A DNA stretch of 64,000 bases from Anolis carolinensis (lineage: Eukaryota), in contig NW_026943824.1 of the NCBI RefSeq assembly GCF_035594765.1, forward strand, positions 9,061,451-9,125,450, given 5' to 3'. The notes under the pieces are model-generated. The model ran no database searches. It was not told where the DNA came from and was given only the letters and a program-made list of their open reading frames with translations. This document shows positions 12,226-26,200 of the stretch, in pieces. A program made the position numbers and the translations under genes. Each line of letters starts with the position of its first letter. Positions within the stretch are counted from its first letter, which is position 1.

Positions 12226-14594
12226 TGTACACTCTGTTTAAAAATGACAGTTCTGAGTTCCTTACTCAACTGAAATAAGAACAAACTAAAATTTAAATAT
12301 TTTTAACAGTAAAACATGGAAGCAATGCATAATAAGTAAACAAAAACAGCTTCAAAAGTTTAAAGTAGATTTAAAAGGCATGGGCATAATACTGAAGGAA
12401 AGGAAACAAAACAGTGAACTGCTTGAATTTCTGGGTACTCCACACAAAAATAATCTTGAGGTGCATGTAAGTTAGTGAGAGTGAGAAATAATGTCCCATG
12501 TCATAACATTACTGATTTGCTTGCCATAGTTTAAACCAGAGTGAGCCACCTCCTAACTCTTGTATGTGTTGGATTGCAGCTCCAGTCACCTCCGGTCAAC
12601 AGTCAAATAGTATGGAAGTAGTAATCTCCAAGTTTTAGCAACCACCATGTTCAGTTTACCCATGAACTAAATAATTTTCTTGCATTTGCCTGCTATTTTT
12701 ACTTTATCAAGTAAATCAGCAATCTATATCAACACTTACAGGGTGTTAGGATTTTGATATTAGAAGTCAGCAAGAAAGAAACACTTGCCCGGGAGGAATA
12801 GCATATGGCAGAGAGTATGTATATGCATCTTTCCACAGTTAGGTTGGTAACACTGGACTATCACCAATGACCTTTCCCAGATTTTTTAATTCTGATTAAT
12901 CCAAATCTGTACACTTGCATATTTTAAAATGATCATTATGAACCTTTAGGTCCTGAATTGCGTGAATACTCAGCTGATCTGCAAAGGACTAGATCTAAAC
13001 CAAGGAGCTTATGGTCTGTGTGTTGACTGAGGGAGAAAAAGCATCTTTGGGACAGCCTGTCAAAACACACTCGGTATGTATGCAGATTGGAACTTCTTAT
13101 GTTGGATTTTTTTTGATAATCTCAGTTCTTCATGTCAGTAGATATGAATGGCAGTAGAAATAAATGGAGGAAAGCAGTGTTGTGATTTTAAACTCTGAAG
13201 AAGTAGTTTCCTAGTTCAGAAGTGTTAGCTCTTATCCTTAGCATTAGTGGATTAGCAGCTCTAGCTTTTGATCACTGTATTGGCTTATTGTTACATTGGG
13301 CATGTTTCCAGGATGTGTCTACTCTTAATGGCAGTTGAAAAGTTTTCTGGTTTTGTTTTTACAGTAGAGAAATTTTTACCTCAGTTATATACTTGATGAT
13401 AATAACAGTAAGTGTTCTGTCTTTTCTCATGCTTCCCCACCCATCCCTATCTGTCACTGAAAAATGTTGATTTCTATGTCTTGAAAGTTACCTGTTAAGC
13501 AACCAAAGAGTTATACATAGTTCCCAAACAAAATGAGTTGCTTGTTATGGAAGTACAAAGAAAGTGAAGAAAATTTAGAAGGGGCTAGGAGAAATCAATG
13601 CTGATTTGTTATTATTAATAATAATAACTTTATTTATACCCCGCCACCATCCCCCTCAGGGACTCAGGGTGGCTTACAACAAGAATATAACAACAACATA
13701 GCATACAATACAATATAGGATTTGTCATCCTATATCCAATTGCTCATTCCAAGTAGATCAGTTGAATAAGTGGGATTTTTATACATGTTGATTTGCCATC
13801 CAGCAGATGAATGAATGAGTCTTCTCTAACTGGGACTCAAAATTGTATTTTGGCTTTCATATTAAGGCAGGGTTGTCAAACTCATTTTCGTTGAGAGCCA
13901 CCTTAGCCTTATGGTTGCTTCAAGGGGCAACTGAATCTGTGGACACAGAGGGCCAACTGTAATTTGTCTACATAGTGGTTAGTACTCTTTACTTTTTACC
14001 CAGTTTGGGTCCCCAGATGTTATTGCACGACAATTTTCATCAGTTTTTATTATCTGCTAAGCAGATTGGAGCTCCCAGTGGCATAGCAGATTAAACCGCT
14101 GAGCTGCTGAACTGCATGAATTAGTCGTCCTTGCTCACTTCCAAAACGTAGCTACACCTATTCAGGGTTCTTTGTTCATCATTGAACAGAATCGTGTGGT
14201 CTTTAAAGATGCAACCTCTCTTGAATCTTTGTTTGGGGGAAAAGGTGGGCTATAAGTAAAGTTAATAATTTCAATAATATGCAATTGAAGGACTGGAATT
14301 ATATAAACCCTGAGCAACAACTGTAAATGAGAACAGCACTTGGGAGAAGTTAATTAGAACAGCGTAGAAGCAGCAAGGGAAAAGAAAGGTGTAAATGGAA
14401 CTAATTTTAATTAAAACTTGTGAAAATCAGATAGTATTCATAGCTGTGAAATTATGTTTTCTTAAAATTCTCAGGTTCCTATGCAGTTGGAGACCACTCT
14501 GGGCGAGGGAAAAGGTCTCGGTATCTCTGCCTAATGAAAATATCTTCTCCTCAGCTTAATTTCTGTTGGGTTTTCTGAGGAAAAGATTAAAATA

Positions 14595-14637
<43 letters not shown>

Positions 14638-14650
14638 GTTGTTGTTGTTA
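14595..14650. repeat. (ATT)n/(GTT)n microsatellite
   Basis: Trinucleotide run seen directly. Confidence 0.95.
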
Positions 14651-17600
14651 CTACTACATCCCACTTTTATCTCAATTGGGGCTCAGGGTGGCTATGAATC
14701 CCATACTTTGGTTATAGTTTAGAAAAAAAATGCAATACAAAAATTTAAAAACAAATAATACAATGTGAATTAAGCTCCTTTCCTTCCATTTTGTGTATGA
14801 AAGCTACTGTCCCTTCAACACAAGTGATGCGACAATATCTTTCACCACACCTGAATGCAGCAAAGTAGTTTTGGTAAACTGCTTCTTAAATTGTGGCTCC
14901 CAATCCCAGATTGGGCCCCTTTAGCTCAATGTTGGGGTCCCAAAAAGTTTTCTGACTGTCACCTAGTGACTGTTGAAAGCATTTACATAAATGTAGTGTT
15001 TACAGGGGCTTCAGCTATACTTCAGGAAAAGGGAAATAAGCCTATTTAGCAAGCCTTGCAAATGCTAATTTATTATCAGTAAATGTTTGGTTTTATACCT
15101 GTTTTATATGCCTACATACCTGGGGTTCTCTTGACAAATTGGGTTCTGAATGGAAAGATTTAAGAAGCTCTAGCAGGGCGAGTTGCATGGCAGAGCTATC
15201 TTGATTCCTTGATTCCATTCTGAGGCCATTCAGACAATTCTCCCTTTTTGTAGTGTGATGGCTGAGGCACTTAGATAATCTAGGTTTGCATTGCTTTTTA
15301 AGGTGTAGAATCTCTTAGGTCTGGCTTTACATTCCTGCATCCTGGAGCATTTAAGGAAGACCTTTGCCTGTGGTTCTCAAGATGATGTTGGATGCCAGCT
15401 CCCTTCAGACCCAGCAACCAAGGTCGGGAATGATGGAGTCACCATCTGACTACATCTGAAAGACCACAAGTTCTGCAACCCAGTTTAAGATGTTGGAATG
15501 CAGCATAAACTCTGTTAAGATATTGCCACTCAGCTCTACATTCAAAACTGATGCTTTGTGGGTTTGGCAAATAGTTTAGACTGGCTAATGCCTCCACTCA
15601 TCCATGGCCCCCGCCTCCTTTTCTTCCTTGTCCAGAAACAACATTCTCCTCCTTATATGAAATAAAAAAACCTGCTGCAAAACCACAACAACCCCTGGCA
15701 AGTTCACAGCAATAGTTTCACGATTTTTGCATGTTTAATATAAACAGCACTGTGCAAATTAGCTGTTTGAGTAACATTTTGAACAGGCTGGAATGACTTC
15801 GCTTTTTTCTCAAAGCAGGGGCTGGCATTTCCTTTGGAGAAATGGCATGCCTTGAGACAAAAATGAGCATTTGCCTCGTAGGGGCATGATATATGTCAGT
15901 GTCATTGCTTACAATAGAGATGCCATGATCCAAATGTGATAGAGTTCTCAGTGTCTCCCAAGTGTCTGGAGCAGTAGTTCCCAAACAGGGTTCTGTTGAG
16001 GGCCTTTCACTCCTGGAAGTCCTGATTTTTGGCCCTGCTAACTTGGTTTAAGGAAATGCAAGTCCTTTAGGTGGTGACGATACATGTTTGGAATCATTAA
16101 TATATAACAGACTTATAGCCCATTCTGTTTTGTCTGGATTTGTGTTGGTGTCATATTCATGCATAAGTTTCCATAGCATGAGGATGGCATTCAGTCAGTT
16201 GTGCACTAGCCTGTTCACCTCATGTGTTATTAGTTTCTTCAGTTTGATTAACTGACATTGAAAAAGCAGGCTAAACAGTATCTTCATTACCGATTGGATG
16301 CCATTGAACATTCCCTATTATGCAATGGAGCAATAAGCAATCTTATCTGGAGTTATGCAATCAGTTGTGAAACTTCACCATTCACAAGAAGGATGGTGTA
16401 GTGCAATCTGCAGGGGTAAATGTATGCTACACAAAAGAGATGTAAGGTTTGAGCCTGTGTCTCCTATAGCTTCCCATTTTGTTTTCTCTGACCAAGGCCT
16501 GTGACTAGTGGTGAGTCATTAACAGTCAAGTAATGATAGCAGCTAGGAGATGTCTGGTTACATCAAGTAAGGCCTCTGAAACTCCCAATGAAGAGATTCC
16601 ACATCGTCTTTCCATTGACAAGCTAAAACTTTTTTCTAAAAAAACAGCTGACTGCCGTGTACATTTGGATTTTAATTTTTAAAATCTGTATGTCACAATC
16701 TATATCTATATAGATCTATATCTATCTATAGATTGTATATGAGGCCCCTAGAACCACGAGAAATACAAAAAATCTACTTTTAATAACTCATTACCCCCCT
16801 TAAAAATCAAATTGCCCCCTTATGGGGCATGTGCCCCACATTGGGAACCAGGACAATAGCAGCTCAAAACAGTAATTATTCGTTTTGACTTGTATTTGCA
16901 TTCATTTTCACCTGGGGGAGAGCCAAGAGCCGTGTTTGCTGTCTTGCAGAGGGGGACCACTGGTATTTAGGGAGCTTTGGGTCAGATGACGAAGGCGTAG
17001 GGGGAAAGACGGAACTGCCGCATGCTGTCTTGACAGCCAACAGTGTGGCTTCAAGCTCCATAGAAGTTCACATATATTTATAGAACTCCTAATGTCCAAG
17101 TCGCCTTGTCTTTGCTGGCTTGGTGGGAGTAACACTACAATCAGTTGAAGATTGTGAGCATTCTTCTTCAAGGGGAAGCCTACACAAAATTGTTTGGGAA
17201 TGAGAGACTGAGAGAGAAGTGCTCAAGATCTCAGAAGCAAGATTTTCAAAAGAGGGGGTAGGTAAGAACATACATTTCAGCTCATTTTCTATTAGAATAT
17301 GCCCAAATTTACAAAGTTCTAAAAAACTGGAAAGAGTGTGAGGTTTTAAAACCTAAATGTGGTGCTGAATTTGGATTGTTGTGTCTGTTTCCGAGGTACA
17401 CCTCACCTTTAGCACTGTATGGCAGAGGCATTCCTTTCCCATAGCTGTACCTGTTCAGCTTGGTTGGAAAAGAAAGGGAAGAGATTTGCTTTATATTGTT
17501 TGTGAAGAATTTATCATATTCTCCAAACCTTTCTATCGTTCGATTGTATTCAGGAAACATTTTTTTTTTAAAAACTCTGCATATGAAAGGAAATGAAAGT

Positions 17601-17719
17601 GGAAGATCTTCTATGCCCAATTCTAATTGCCATTAACAATTCGATTCTATGATTTTTGAATTGGATTTAGAAAATACCTTTTATATTTTTTTTTACTGAT
17701 GTTCTTGTATATATTATAA

Positions 17720-19190
17720 CTAGCTGTGCCCAGCCACGCGTTGCTGTGGCTTAGTCAGGTGGTGTTGGTCACTCTACATTAGGTTATATTGATGCTGTGA
17801 CCTCCACCTTCTTTATACTCACATTAGTAGTAGTATTTGAAGTTTGTTACCTTCTTCAATTTTTGTGTTGATTGATAATTGCTTGAGATCCCTGTTGTCT
17901 TTGGTTTGTTGTTAGTTGTAATGTCTGATTTTGCTGAGTGCGGTTTATATTTTTATTGTGGTACAATAGTCTTTTTTGTTTTGCCTGTGTAGGTGTTTAT
18001 TATTATTGTTGTTGTAGTGGTCATGAAGGTTGGATAAGTTAGATGCTACTGTATTGTTTTTTGTAGGCCCAGTGTAGCACTGACTGGCCTCTCAGCCTCA
18101 GTGCCTGACTGTTTCTTGCCTGTGATGGTGTTGAGTCTTATTCTTGTTGTTGTTGTCATTGTTATTATTGTAATTGTTTTTTTGGAGGCCAAGTGTAAAT
18201 GTAGGGATTGGGGAGGTGGATGAGTTGTGTTGTCAAATTTTGTATTTGTTATGGTCACAATGCGTTGTTGCGAGTTTTGTGGGTCCGGATTGTGGTTTTG
18301 TGGTGTGGTTGTGTTGTTACAACTGAGAGGCAAGGCTTTTGCATTGTTTTGCCAAGTTTTGTATTTCTGGGGCGTTTAGTTGTGTTATAGTCACGATGCG
18401 TTGTTGTGAGTTTTGTGGGTCCGGATTGTGGTTTTGTGGTGTAGTTGTGTTGTTACAACCGGGAGAAAAGGCTTTTGTGTTGTGTTGTCAAGTTTTGTAT
18501 TTCTGGGGCGTTTAGTTGTGTGCCAAGTTTCGTATTTCTGGGGCGTTTAGTTGTGTTGTTATAGCCACGATGCATTGTTGTGAGTTTTGTGGGTTGGGAT
18601 TGTGGTTTTGTGGTGTGGTTGTGTTGTTACAATCGGGAGACAAGGCTTTTGCGTTGTGTTGTCAAGTTTTATATTTCTGGGGCGTTTAGTTGTGTGCCAA
18701 GTTTCGTATTTCTGGGGCGTTTAGTTGTGTTGTTATAGTCACAATGCATTGTTGTGAGTTTTGTGGGTCCGGATTGTGGTTTTGTGGTGTGGTTGTGTTG
18801 TTACAACCTGGAGGGAAGGCTTTTGCGTTGTGTTGCCAAGTTTCGTATTTCTGGGGCGTTTAATTGTGTTGTTATAGTCACAATGCGTTGTTGTGAGTTT
18901 TGTGGGTCCTGTGTGGTTTTGTGGTGTGGTTGTGTTGTTACAACTGGGAGGCAAGGCTTTTGCATTGTGTTGCCAAGTTTTGTATTTCCGGGGCGTTTAG
19001 TTGTGTTGTTATCACATGATGCGTTGTTGTGAGTTTTGTGGGTCCGGATTGTGGTTTTGTGGTGTGGTTGTGTTGTTGTAACCTGGAGGCAAGCCTTTTG
19101 CATTGTGTTGCCAAATTTCGTATTTCTGGGATGTTTAGTTTTGTTGTTATAGTCACTGCGCAAACAACTTTATCATTTTATATATATAGA
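17720..19190 (-). mobile_element. Non-autonomous Helitron with internal tandem array
   Basis: Minus strand begins TC (tctatatatataaaatg) and ends with hairpin gccacagcaacgcgtggc plus CTAG; inserted between A and T, no TSD. Confidence 0.85.
18225..19160. repeat. GT-rich tandem repeat, unit about 136-139 bp (174 bp with an internal duplication), about 6-7 copies
   Basis: Anchor gtgggtccggattgtgg or close variants recur at about 18279, 18415, 18589, 18763, 18902 and 19038. Confidence 0.9.
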
Positions 19191-19267
19191 TTTGTGTTTT
19201 AAATTTGTAAGGTGTTTTTAGTCTTTATATTGGGAAAAGAGTATGCTGTAAATTAATAATAATAATA

Positions 19268-19590
19268 CAGTAGAGTCTCGCTTATCCAACATAAATGGGC
19301 CGGCAGAACGTTGGATAAGCGAACATGTTGGATAATAAAGAGAGATTTAAAAAAAGCCTATTAAACATCAAATTAGGTTATGATTTTACAAATTAAGCAC
19401 CAAAACATTATGTTATACAACAAATTTGATAGAAAAAGTAGTTCAATACGCAGTAATGTTATGTTGTTATTACTGTATTTACTAATTTAGCACCAAAATA
19501 TCACGGTGTATTGAAAACATTGACTACAAAAATGCGTTGGATAATCCAGAATGTTGGATAAGCGAGAGTTGGATAAATGAGACTGTACTG
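19268..19590 (-). mobile_element. Tc1/mariner-type MITE, 323 bp, copy 2 (opposite orientation)
   Basis: Same TIRs and TA TSD; the internal sequence is the reverse complement of copies 1, 3 and 4. Confidence 0.9.
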
Positions 19591-22545
19591 TAATAATAAT
19601 AATAATAGTAGTAGTAGTAGTAGTGCCTTTCCCCTTTGTTTTTGGAGGGAAGTAAAAGCAACCTGCAAAGATGTGGCCATCTACCTTCTCTATTGATGAA
19701 CAGTTTATGGGAGTGTTGTGTGTATTACTCATGGTGCACTTAATGATATGTGGTGGCACACTGCACCTGAGCTCACACTTTGGTGTTTGTCCCTATACCA
19801 AAAAACTGTCTTCCTTTGGGATAAAGCCATGTCATTTTAAAAAAGTTTAAGTTTGGTTTCTGATCACAGTGGACCTCAAACCGTCATATTGTGATCTGGA
19901 ATGAATTGTATAGTGTGGTGGAGATAATGATGCTCCTGGCAAGTCTTGTACATGCCACAGTGTGCAAGCTGAGAGAAAGGCTTCCTGAGGGCCTTAGAGT
20001 GAGTGTGTACATATGCATGTCTAATGCACATAGATGTAAATGCAATCCTCATGATATCTAGAAATTGGTGCTGACACAGATAGGCAGTTGACCTCTGCTC
20101 ACAAGTGGTGTTGCAGGTGTTGCGCACAGCTCTGGTTGGGAAGAGTTCACTGTCTTGTCCCTTTGCTTCACCAGGTGTGTATCTCTTTCTATCAAATGTA
20201 TTCATTTCCATCTTCATCCTTCTATGCTATCTAGGTGTAGTGTTCTGTGAAAACCCAAACATTGTGATGTGGCTGAATCTGTGTAAATCTGCTTATGCAA
20301 AACCTATGGGGATATGCATAATTTATTCAGAGCCTGGGATTTGGATTTCCACGGCGCACACTGGGGGCCAGCCTTAACACAATGGAAGCTGGGAAGGGGA
20401 GGAACAGTGGGAGAGACAAACTCCTTCACAGACGGGAGAAATCAGTGGAGTCACGCTCTGTCTGAGAAGGACCTTCATGGTACTACACATGAAAGGGAAT
20501 TATTTAGCTCTTGCATTATAGTGACATAAGAGAAGTGATCCAGTAGTGTAGCTAATGCAGGAGAGGAATGGAATAATTATTGTTCTCTGGCTAGGTCTAC
20601 ATTTCAAAACAAAATATTTGAATAGATGATATAAAAGGTTGTATCCAGTATGTCATTTTCTTGCCTTTTTAATAAGCTGCAATGTCTTGTTGCCCACATT
20701 TTAAAAGTTTCAATAAATGAATTACTAAGTAGGTGTCCCTGATTTTAACCAGGCTGTCAGTTTATTTAAAAAGTATTTTTGATGCAGATAATTATGAAAC
20801 TGCTAATCATGAAATCATCTGAGACCCCATATTGTTATGTGAGAGAAGATGATGAAAACATCTTCTAAAATGACACATGCTCCAGTGTACATATGATATG
20901 AACATGCAAAATATTCTTACTGGAAATATGCAGTGAAGATGCTTCCTCATGACAGCTCCCCTCATCATTCCCACAAAGATTCAACATAATGCTTGTGCAG
21001 CCATAACCACAATGTTGCAGAGGGGGAGGTCTTCCTGATGTTTTTTTCTGCTCCATTGCATTGTGTGATTATATAGAACTTGGGCTAAGAAATGGGTGAT
21101 CCTCCAATTCTTTGGACTTTAAATCTCAGGTGATCCAACATGACCAATGGAAGTGAAGGGTAGTTGGTGCACCATCATGTTACATGAAAATATTGTAGAT
21201 ACACATGAAATACAGCAAAACCTGGAAAGTAGACAGAATTTCAGTTGTGAGCCATGGTGTTTTTACCAGCCCTTTTTAGAATGGCCTTTGCCAAGCAGGT
21301 GCTCTCCAGATGGGCTGAACTGCCGCCCTCATAACTTCACAGCAAGTATCTTCTTTTGGGATACTGCAACGAGGCTGCCTAGCAATTAATGTGTACTACA
21401 TGAGTGAGCAAACGAAAAAGTAAGAAGACTGGGAACTATGTTTAGATTTCCCCTGTTTTTCTTTCTGGAATAACTGGAAACAGCAGGCTTTCGTCTATTT
21501 CACCAAGGGAACTGTGCCGGCAAGAAGATTGTGGTGGTGTTTTTGTTGACATTGGCAGAATGCAAAAAAGGGTTTGAAAGAGTCAATCTGATGTCTCTTT
21601 CCTTCTTCATTTGGAGGAGTCTTCTTTCCCATTTTTCACTTTGATCTTCCATCTGTTCTCAGCAGCTAAATTTGTTCTGTAATTAACATAGCTTGCAAGG
21701 GTGTTGAGCCCTCTTAGTAACAAATTCAGTTTCATTTTTATAGTGAGAGCTTAAAGCTCTTGTACGTGAATTCTTCCCTTTCCTCCCTCGTTGTCACGTA
21801 CTTTTTAATGAATATAGTGGAACAGGTGTTTTCTCTTCAGAGGCTATACACAAAAAGAACAATCTTCAACATAATCACACTTATTTTTTTCTTTCCCTAA
21901 AGTGATAGTTTGATTCATTTCTTCATGTAGGAAATAATACATAAACATTAAGATCAACAGCAGCTGAAACAATTACAAACTAAATTACATATTATGACAC
22001 ACAGCCAATTTTTCCTTGGTATTGGTTCTTGGTTCCAGTTGGATTTCTTACATAAACATTAAGCTTAGAACTAGCTGTATCTCCAAATAATGAGTACATT
22101 TCCATGGGTATCTAAATGTTGTTGGATTATGATACCTAATATTCCTTACTGTTGACTGCAGCTACATTTGCAGGGTCACAGGGTCTCCTTTCTTGCTGAA
22201 GAAAGCAGGATTTTTGAGATTTGGAAGATACCACCAGTTCAACTCCCTGCCATGCAAGAAGATACAATCAAAGTCCTCCTGACAGATGGCCATCCAGCCT
22301 CTGCTTAAAAACCTCCAGGGAAGAAGACACCACCACACTTCGAGGCTACATATTTTACTCCTAAACAGCTCTTAACATCAGGAAACCCTTCCTAATAGTG
22401 CATCATTCAAGGCTCAGAATAGGCAAGTGAACTTACTGGAGCAAATCAAAACTAAACCATCAAGCTGTTTACTGAATACTTGAATTATCAGGGTAGGCTT
22501 TCCGTGCAGTTGCCAAGAGAAAAATGAAAAACACCTTTCTCTGAA

Positions 22546-23270
22546 TAGAATCAGAGTTGGAAAGGGCCTCATGGGCCATGGAGTGCCACCCTCTGCTCAG
22601 TGCAGGATCTCCATCAAAAGCATCCCCAGCAGGGAGCTGACCAGCCTCTTTTTGAAGACATCCTGAGAAGGAGACCTCCCCTCCAGGCAATTGGTTCCAT
22701 TACTAAATGGTTTTTCCTGTTGTTATGTTGCTTCTAATGTTGAATTTGAAGTGTCCTTTCTTGTAACTTAAAACTCTTAGAACTAGTCTTATTCTCGAGG
22801 GTAAGCAGAAAACAGGCTTTCTTGTCCTTTTTGTGACAGTCCTTGAGGCATTTAAAGAGTGGAAACATGTGGCCATTGAGCCTTCTCTTTACCAAGCTAA
22901 ACAAGCCTAGTTCCTTCAACCTTTCCTCATGTGTTCCAATCTCTACACCTCTTATCATCCTTGTTGCCCTTCCCTAAGCCTGCTGCAACTTGTTTATATC
23001 CTTTTCAAAATATGATTTCCAGAACTGAACACAAATTGGCACAGAATCTAGTGGGATTATCACTTCCTTCTGCTCGGAAACGTACACTTTTAGCCTTGGG
23101 GAGAGGAGGGTAGGAAATAAAAAGGTATTGTTATTATGAATGCAATTTAAAATAGCATCTAGCTTATTTTGCTGCAAGATCATGCTGCTGGCTTATATTC
23201 AGCTCACAAGCAACAATAACCCCAAGGTCCGTTTTGGATGCACAGCATGTTGTATTACTGCTGAGCCAGG
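22546..23270 (-). mobile_element. CR1 LINE, 5'-truncated and degenerate
   Basis: Minus-strand ORFs MIRGVEIGTHEERLKELGLFSLVKRRL..., KEVIIPLDSVPICVQFW and DLGVIVACELNISQQHDLAAK match the CR1 ORF2 C-terminus; atagaatc at the 3' terminus. Confidence 0.85.
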
Positions 23271-26200
23271 TGCCCACCTGTATACTGTATTTGTGAATCT
23301 TCTGCAGTGGTTGCAACTGGATCTGCAGAGCAGCTTTAAACACTGTCATTCCTTTAGTCTGCAAAAATGGGAACTGGTGGTTCTCCTTTAAATCGTCCGT
23401 TGAAACTTGGGGAATCAGAGAGGCTTTAGTCTGGTTGTGGTTCCTCTTTTTTCTAGGACAGTTAAAGAGATGTACTGAAAGGACCACAGAATATATTTTC
23501 TAGTCCCTGGTCAGGTCTGTTGCTATTTCTGGATAAACATGATCAGGGCTACCTTACAGAATAATTTGTAACCCAACAGATTCCAAAATAGTCTGGGAGA
23601 GTTTGCTGTTGTCTGTTAATAGCAGATGTTCAAATTGCTGGCACCTGGTCCCCTGCAGCATGTTTACAGCCAGCCTTGGTAACCAAGAGAAAAGCACTTA
23701 TTTGTCTTCTTTGGCAAGCAGGTTGGCTCAATTGCAAAACAGGTTGGAGGTGCGTAGAAAGCAGAGTCATCTCTGGGGCCTGCTGTTTTACATTATTCAG
23801 TTGAGATCGGCTGTAATCTCTAGCCGGTTGGACATTGATGGCATCATCATCAACATCATTTTGGGTCCTCATTAGAACTCCAGGCTGTATTTTATAAGTA
23901 TTTCCTTTGTTTGTATGTTTCATAGAAGAGACCATGTAGGCCATCTAGTCCAGCTGTATCACACTAGATCTCTTGTCACTTGTAGCCATGATAAAAAAGA
24001 ACTCAAGGCAACAATCTGTTGAATTCGCAATTTATAAGACCAGATGTTTGTTAAAATGCAATCAAAGCAAATAAACAGTTGTAAAGACTGATCAAATGCT
24101 TTCATATTCTCAGAAAATCTATTCATATAAGCCAGGCCAGTACAACCAGTGGCCTTCCAGATGTTTTGGATTTCAGATCCCAGAATTCCTGACCATTGGA
24201 TACACTGGCTAGAGCTTCTGGGAGTTGGCGTTTCAAACACCTGGAGAGCCACAGGTTGTACAGGCTTGATATAAATGGTGCTCCAAAGCTAAAAGTGTAG
24301 GAAATATCCATATTTCTAACACAAGGGAGTTAAAACACCAAAAATCAAATCCGTGCCATGTATAGACATGAACAGGGAAAGTTTATTTTCGACTGCACCT
24401 ACCAGAAGTTTTTTCACCTAGCACAACCAGTGGCTTGGGGATTCTGGGAGCTGTGATCCAAACAATCGACTTTTCTAAGTCTTGAGATGGAGGCATTTAT
24501 GTGTAACTTTTATTGTATCATGAAAAATGTACTGTGATATGTTAATACGGTATAGTCCTTGCTTGTCTTGTTCTTGTGCATCAAACCCTGCATTTTTCGC
24601 AGCTGTATGACAAAGTTTATATTTGTAAAAGCAACTTTTGTGAAAAACACTAAACCAAGTTATAGTAGTTGTTGGATGGACTTTTAAAAATCAGAAGTAA
24701 CTGAACATGTTTGCCTCTTTTTTGGTCATTAGGCAGTTTTGTACTTGCTCTGTGTGTGTCTGCAAGTCTGCAGAGACATTTTTGCACAAAGGATTGAAAC
24801 CTTGATGAAAAGCAGAGCTTTCCTTGAGTTTTTCTTAGCCTGGAGGTGAGAACTCTTACAGTAAGAGCCAAGCAATTTCTCAGCCAGCCAGGCTTTTTCA
24901 CCAAGGGAGATGTTTTGTGAGTATTCTTCACACCCTGGTTGAATGCAATCAAAGAATTGGACCACATGTATTTTAAAAGATTAATTACTCTGCTTTTCAT
25001 AAATCCCAGACAGTATGAATATTCAGTGCAATGATAAATATTACATTCACTAAAAAGAAATAAGGAATTTAACAGTAGTTGAAATGGCACAGGCAAATTC
25101 TGAAAATGCCCTTTGTGGCCCAGGGGAAGAAAGATGACAAAGTCCTTTAAAGGCATTTAAAAGGCCTGGATGACAGCATCTGGGTGCAGATCCTCTGTGT
25201 GGAATATCTTGTCCATGAAAACGAACTTCTGTGGTTTGGCGTCTGAACCAAATGGCTATCCTTCATATATGTCTGGTAGGGATTGACATACAGGCGGAAC
25301 TGTGTATTAACACAGCCTAACATGATTACTGTATTTTGCAGGAGAATCTTTACAAGTTGCTTTACAGCAACTGCTCATGCTTGTGACCCAGAGGCTCCTT
25401 GAATTTCCTAAGCCATTGTTCCTGTTTCCACACCACTTCCATGGAGAGACCTAGATGTTTGGAAGGAGAGTGGGACTAAATGGTGCAATGCCTTCCTGCG
25501 TTTTGGAGGATATTGCGTAAGTAAACTTTTTTTGTCTTCTTATATAGGATAAATTGAGGTATAGTGGGGGACTTTACTTTTTGTTTGACAACAGCTTCAT
25601 TCTTGACTCATCACCATCATCATAGGTTATCGCTTGTGGCAAAGTATTATTATTTTCCAAATGTAGAGTTTCGGCAAGAATGGCAGACTATATACCCACT
25701 GTCCATGGCTAGGGGCTTCCAGATTTCACAGTCCTGCCCCTGTTGTCACTTGCTGATTGTCATAGGACTTCTGTTGGTTTTGGTTTTACTGGAAGATGCT
25801 TATGCATGAATTTGTTTTATGTGTGGGGATCAGTGCACAGCGACCAACACATAAACTTCACATAAAGAGGTTCTGATCCAGTGGCATGGATACCACGATG
25901 ATTGGAGGCCTGTTACATGTTACAGCCTTCGCCTGCCTTCATAGCGATTGTAACATGCACCATGTTATCATCCATCCATCTGTTCTGTTGTTGAGGACTT
26001 CCTCGGACTGTTCTGTGTAATACATAAGACACGATACTGCTGTGTCTTGCTGGCTGCCTCCCTCCCACCCACTCAGTGGCCAGTGGAATGGCAGTTGAAG
26101 GTAGTGGGAGGGGCTCCCAACAACTGCTGGATGAGACAGGATGGAGATATGTCTTGCTGGCTGCCTCCCTCCCACTTTTCTCAACTATTGTCAGTGTCTG

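Noticed and set aside
18225-19160. Repeat array as a CRISPR, or its ORFs as genes
   Set aside because: Units are contiguous without unique spacers, lie inside a Helitron, and the context is eukaryotic with no cas genes
24650-25156. 168-aa minus-strand ORF
   Set aside because: No recognisable domain or splice structure; antisense within DCUN1D3 intron 1
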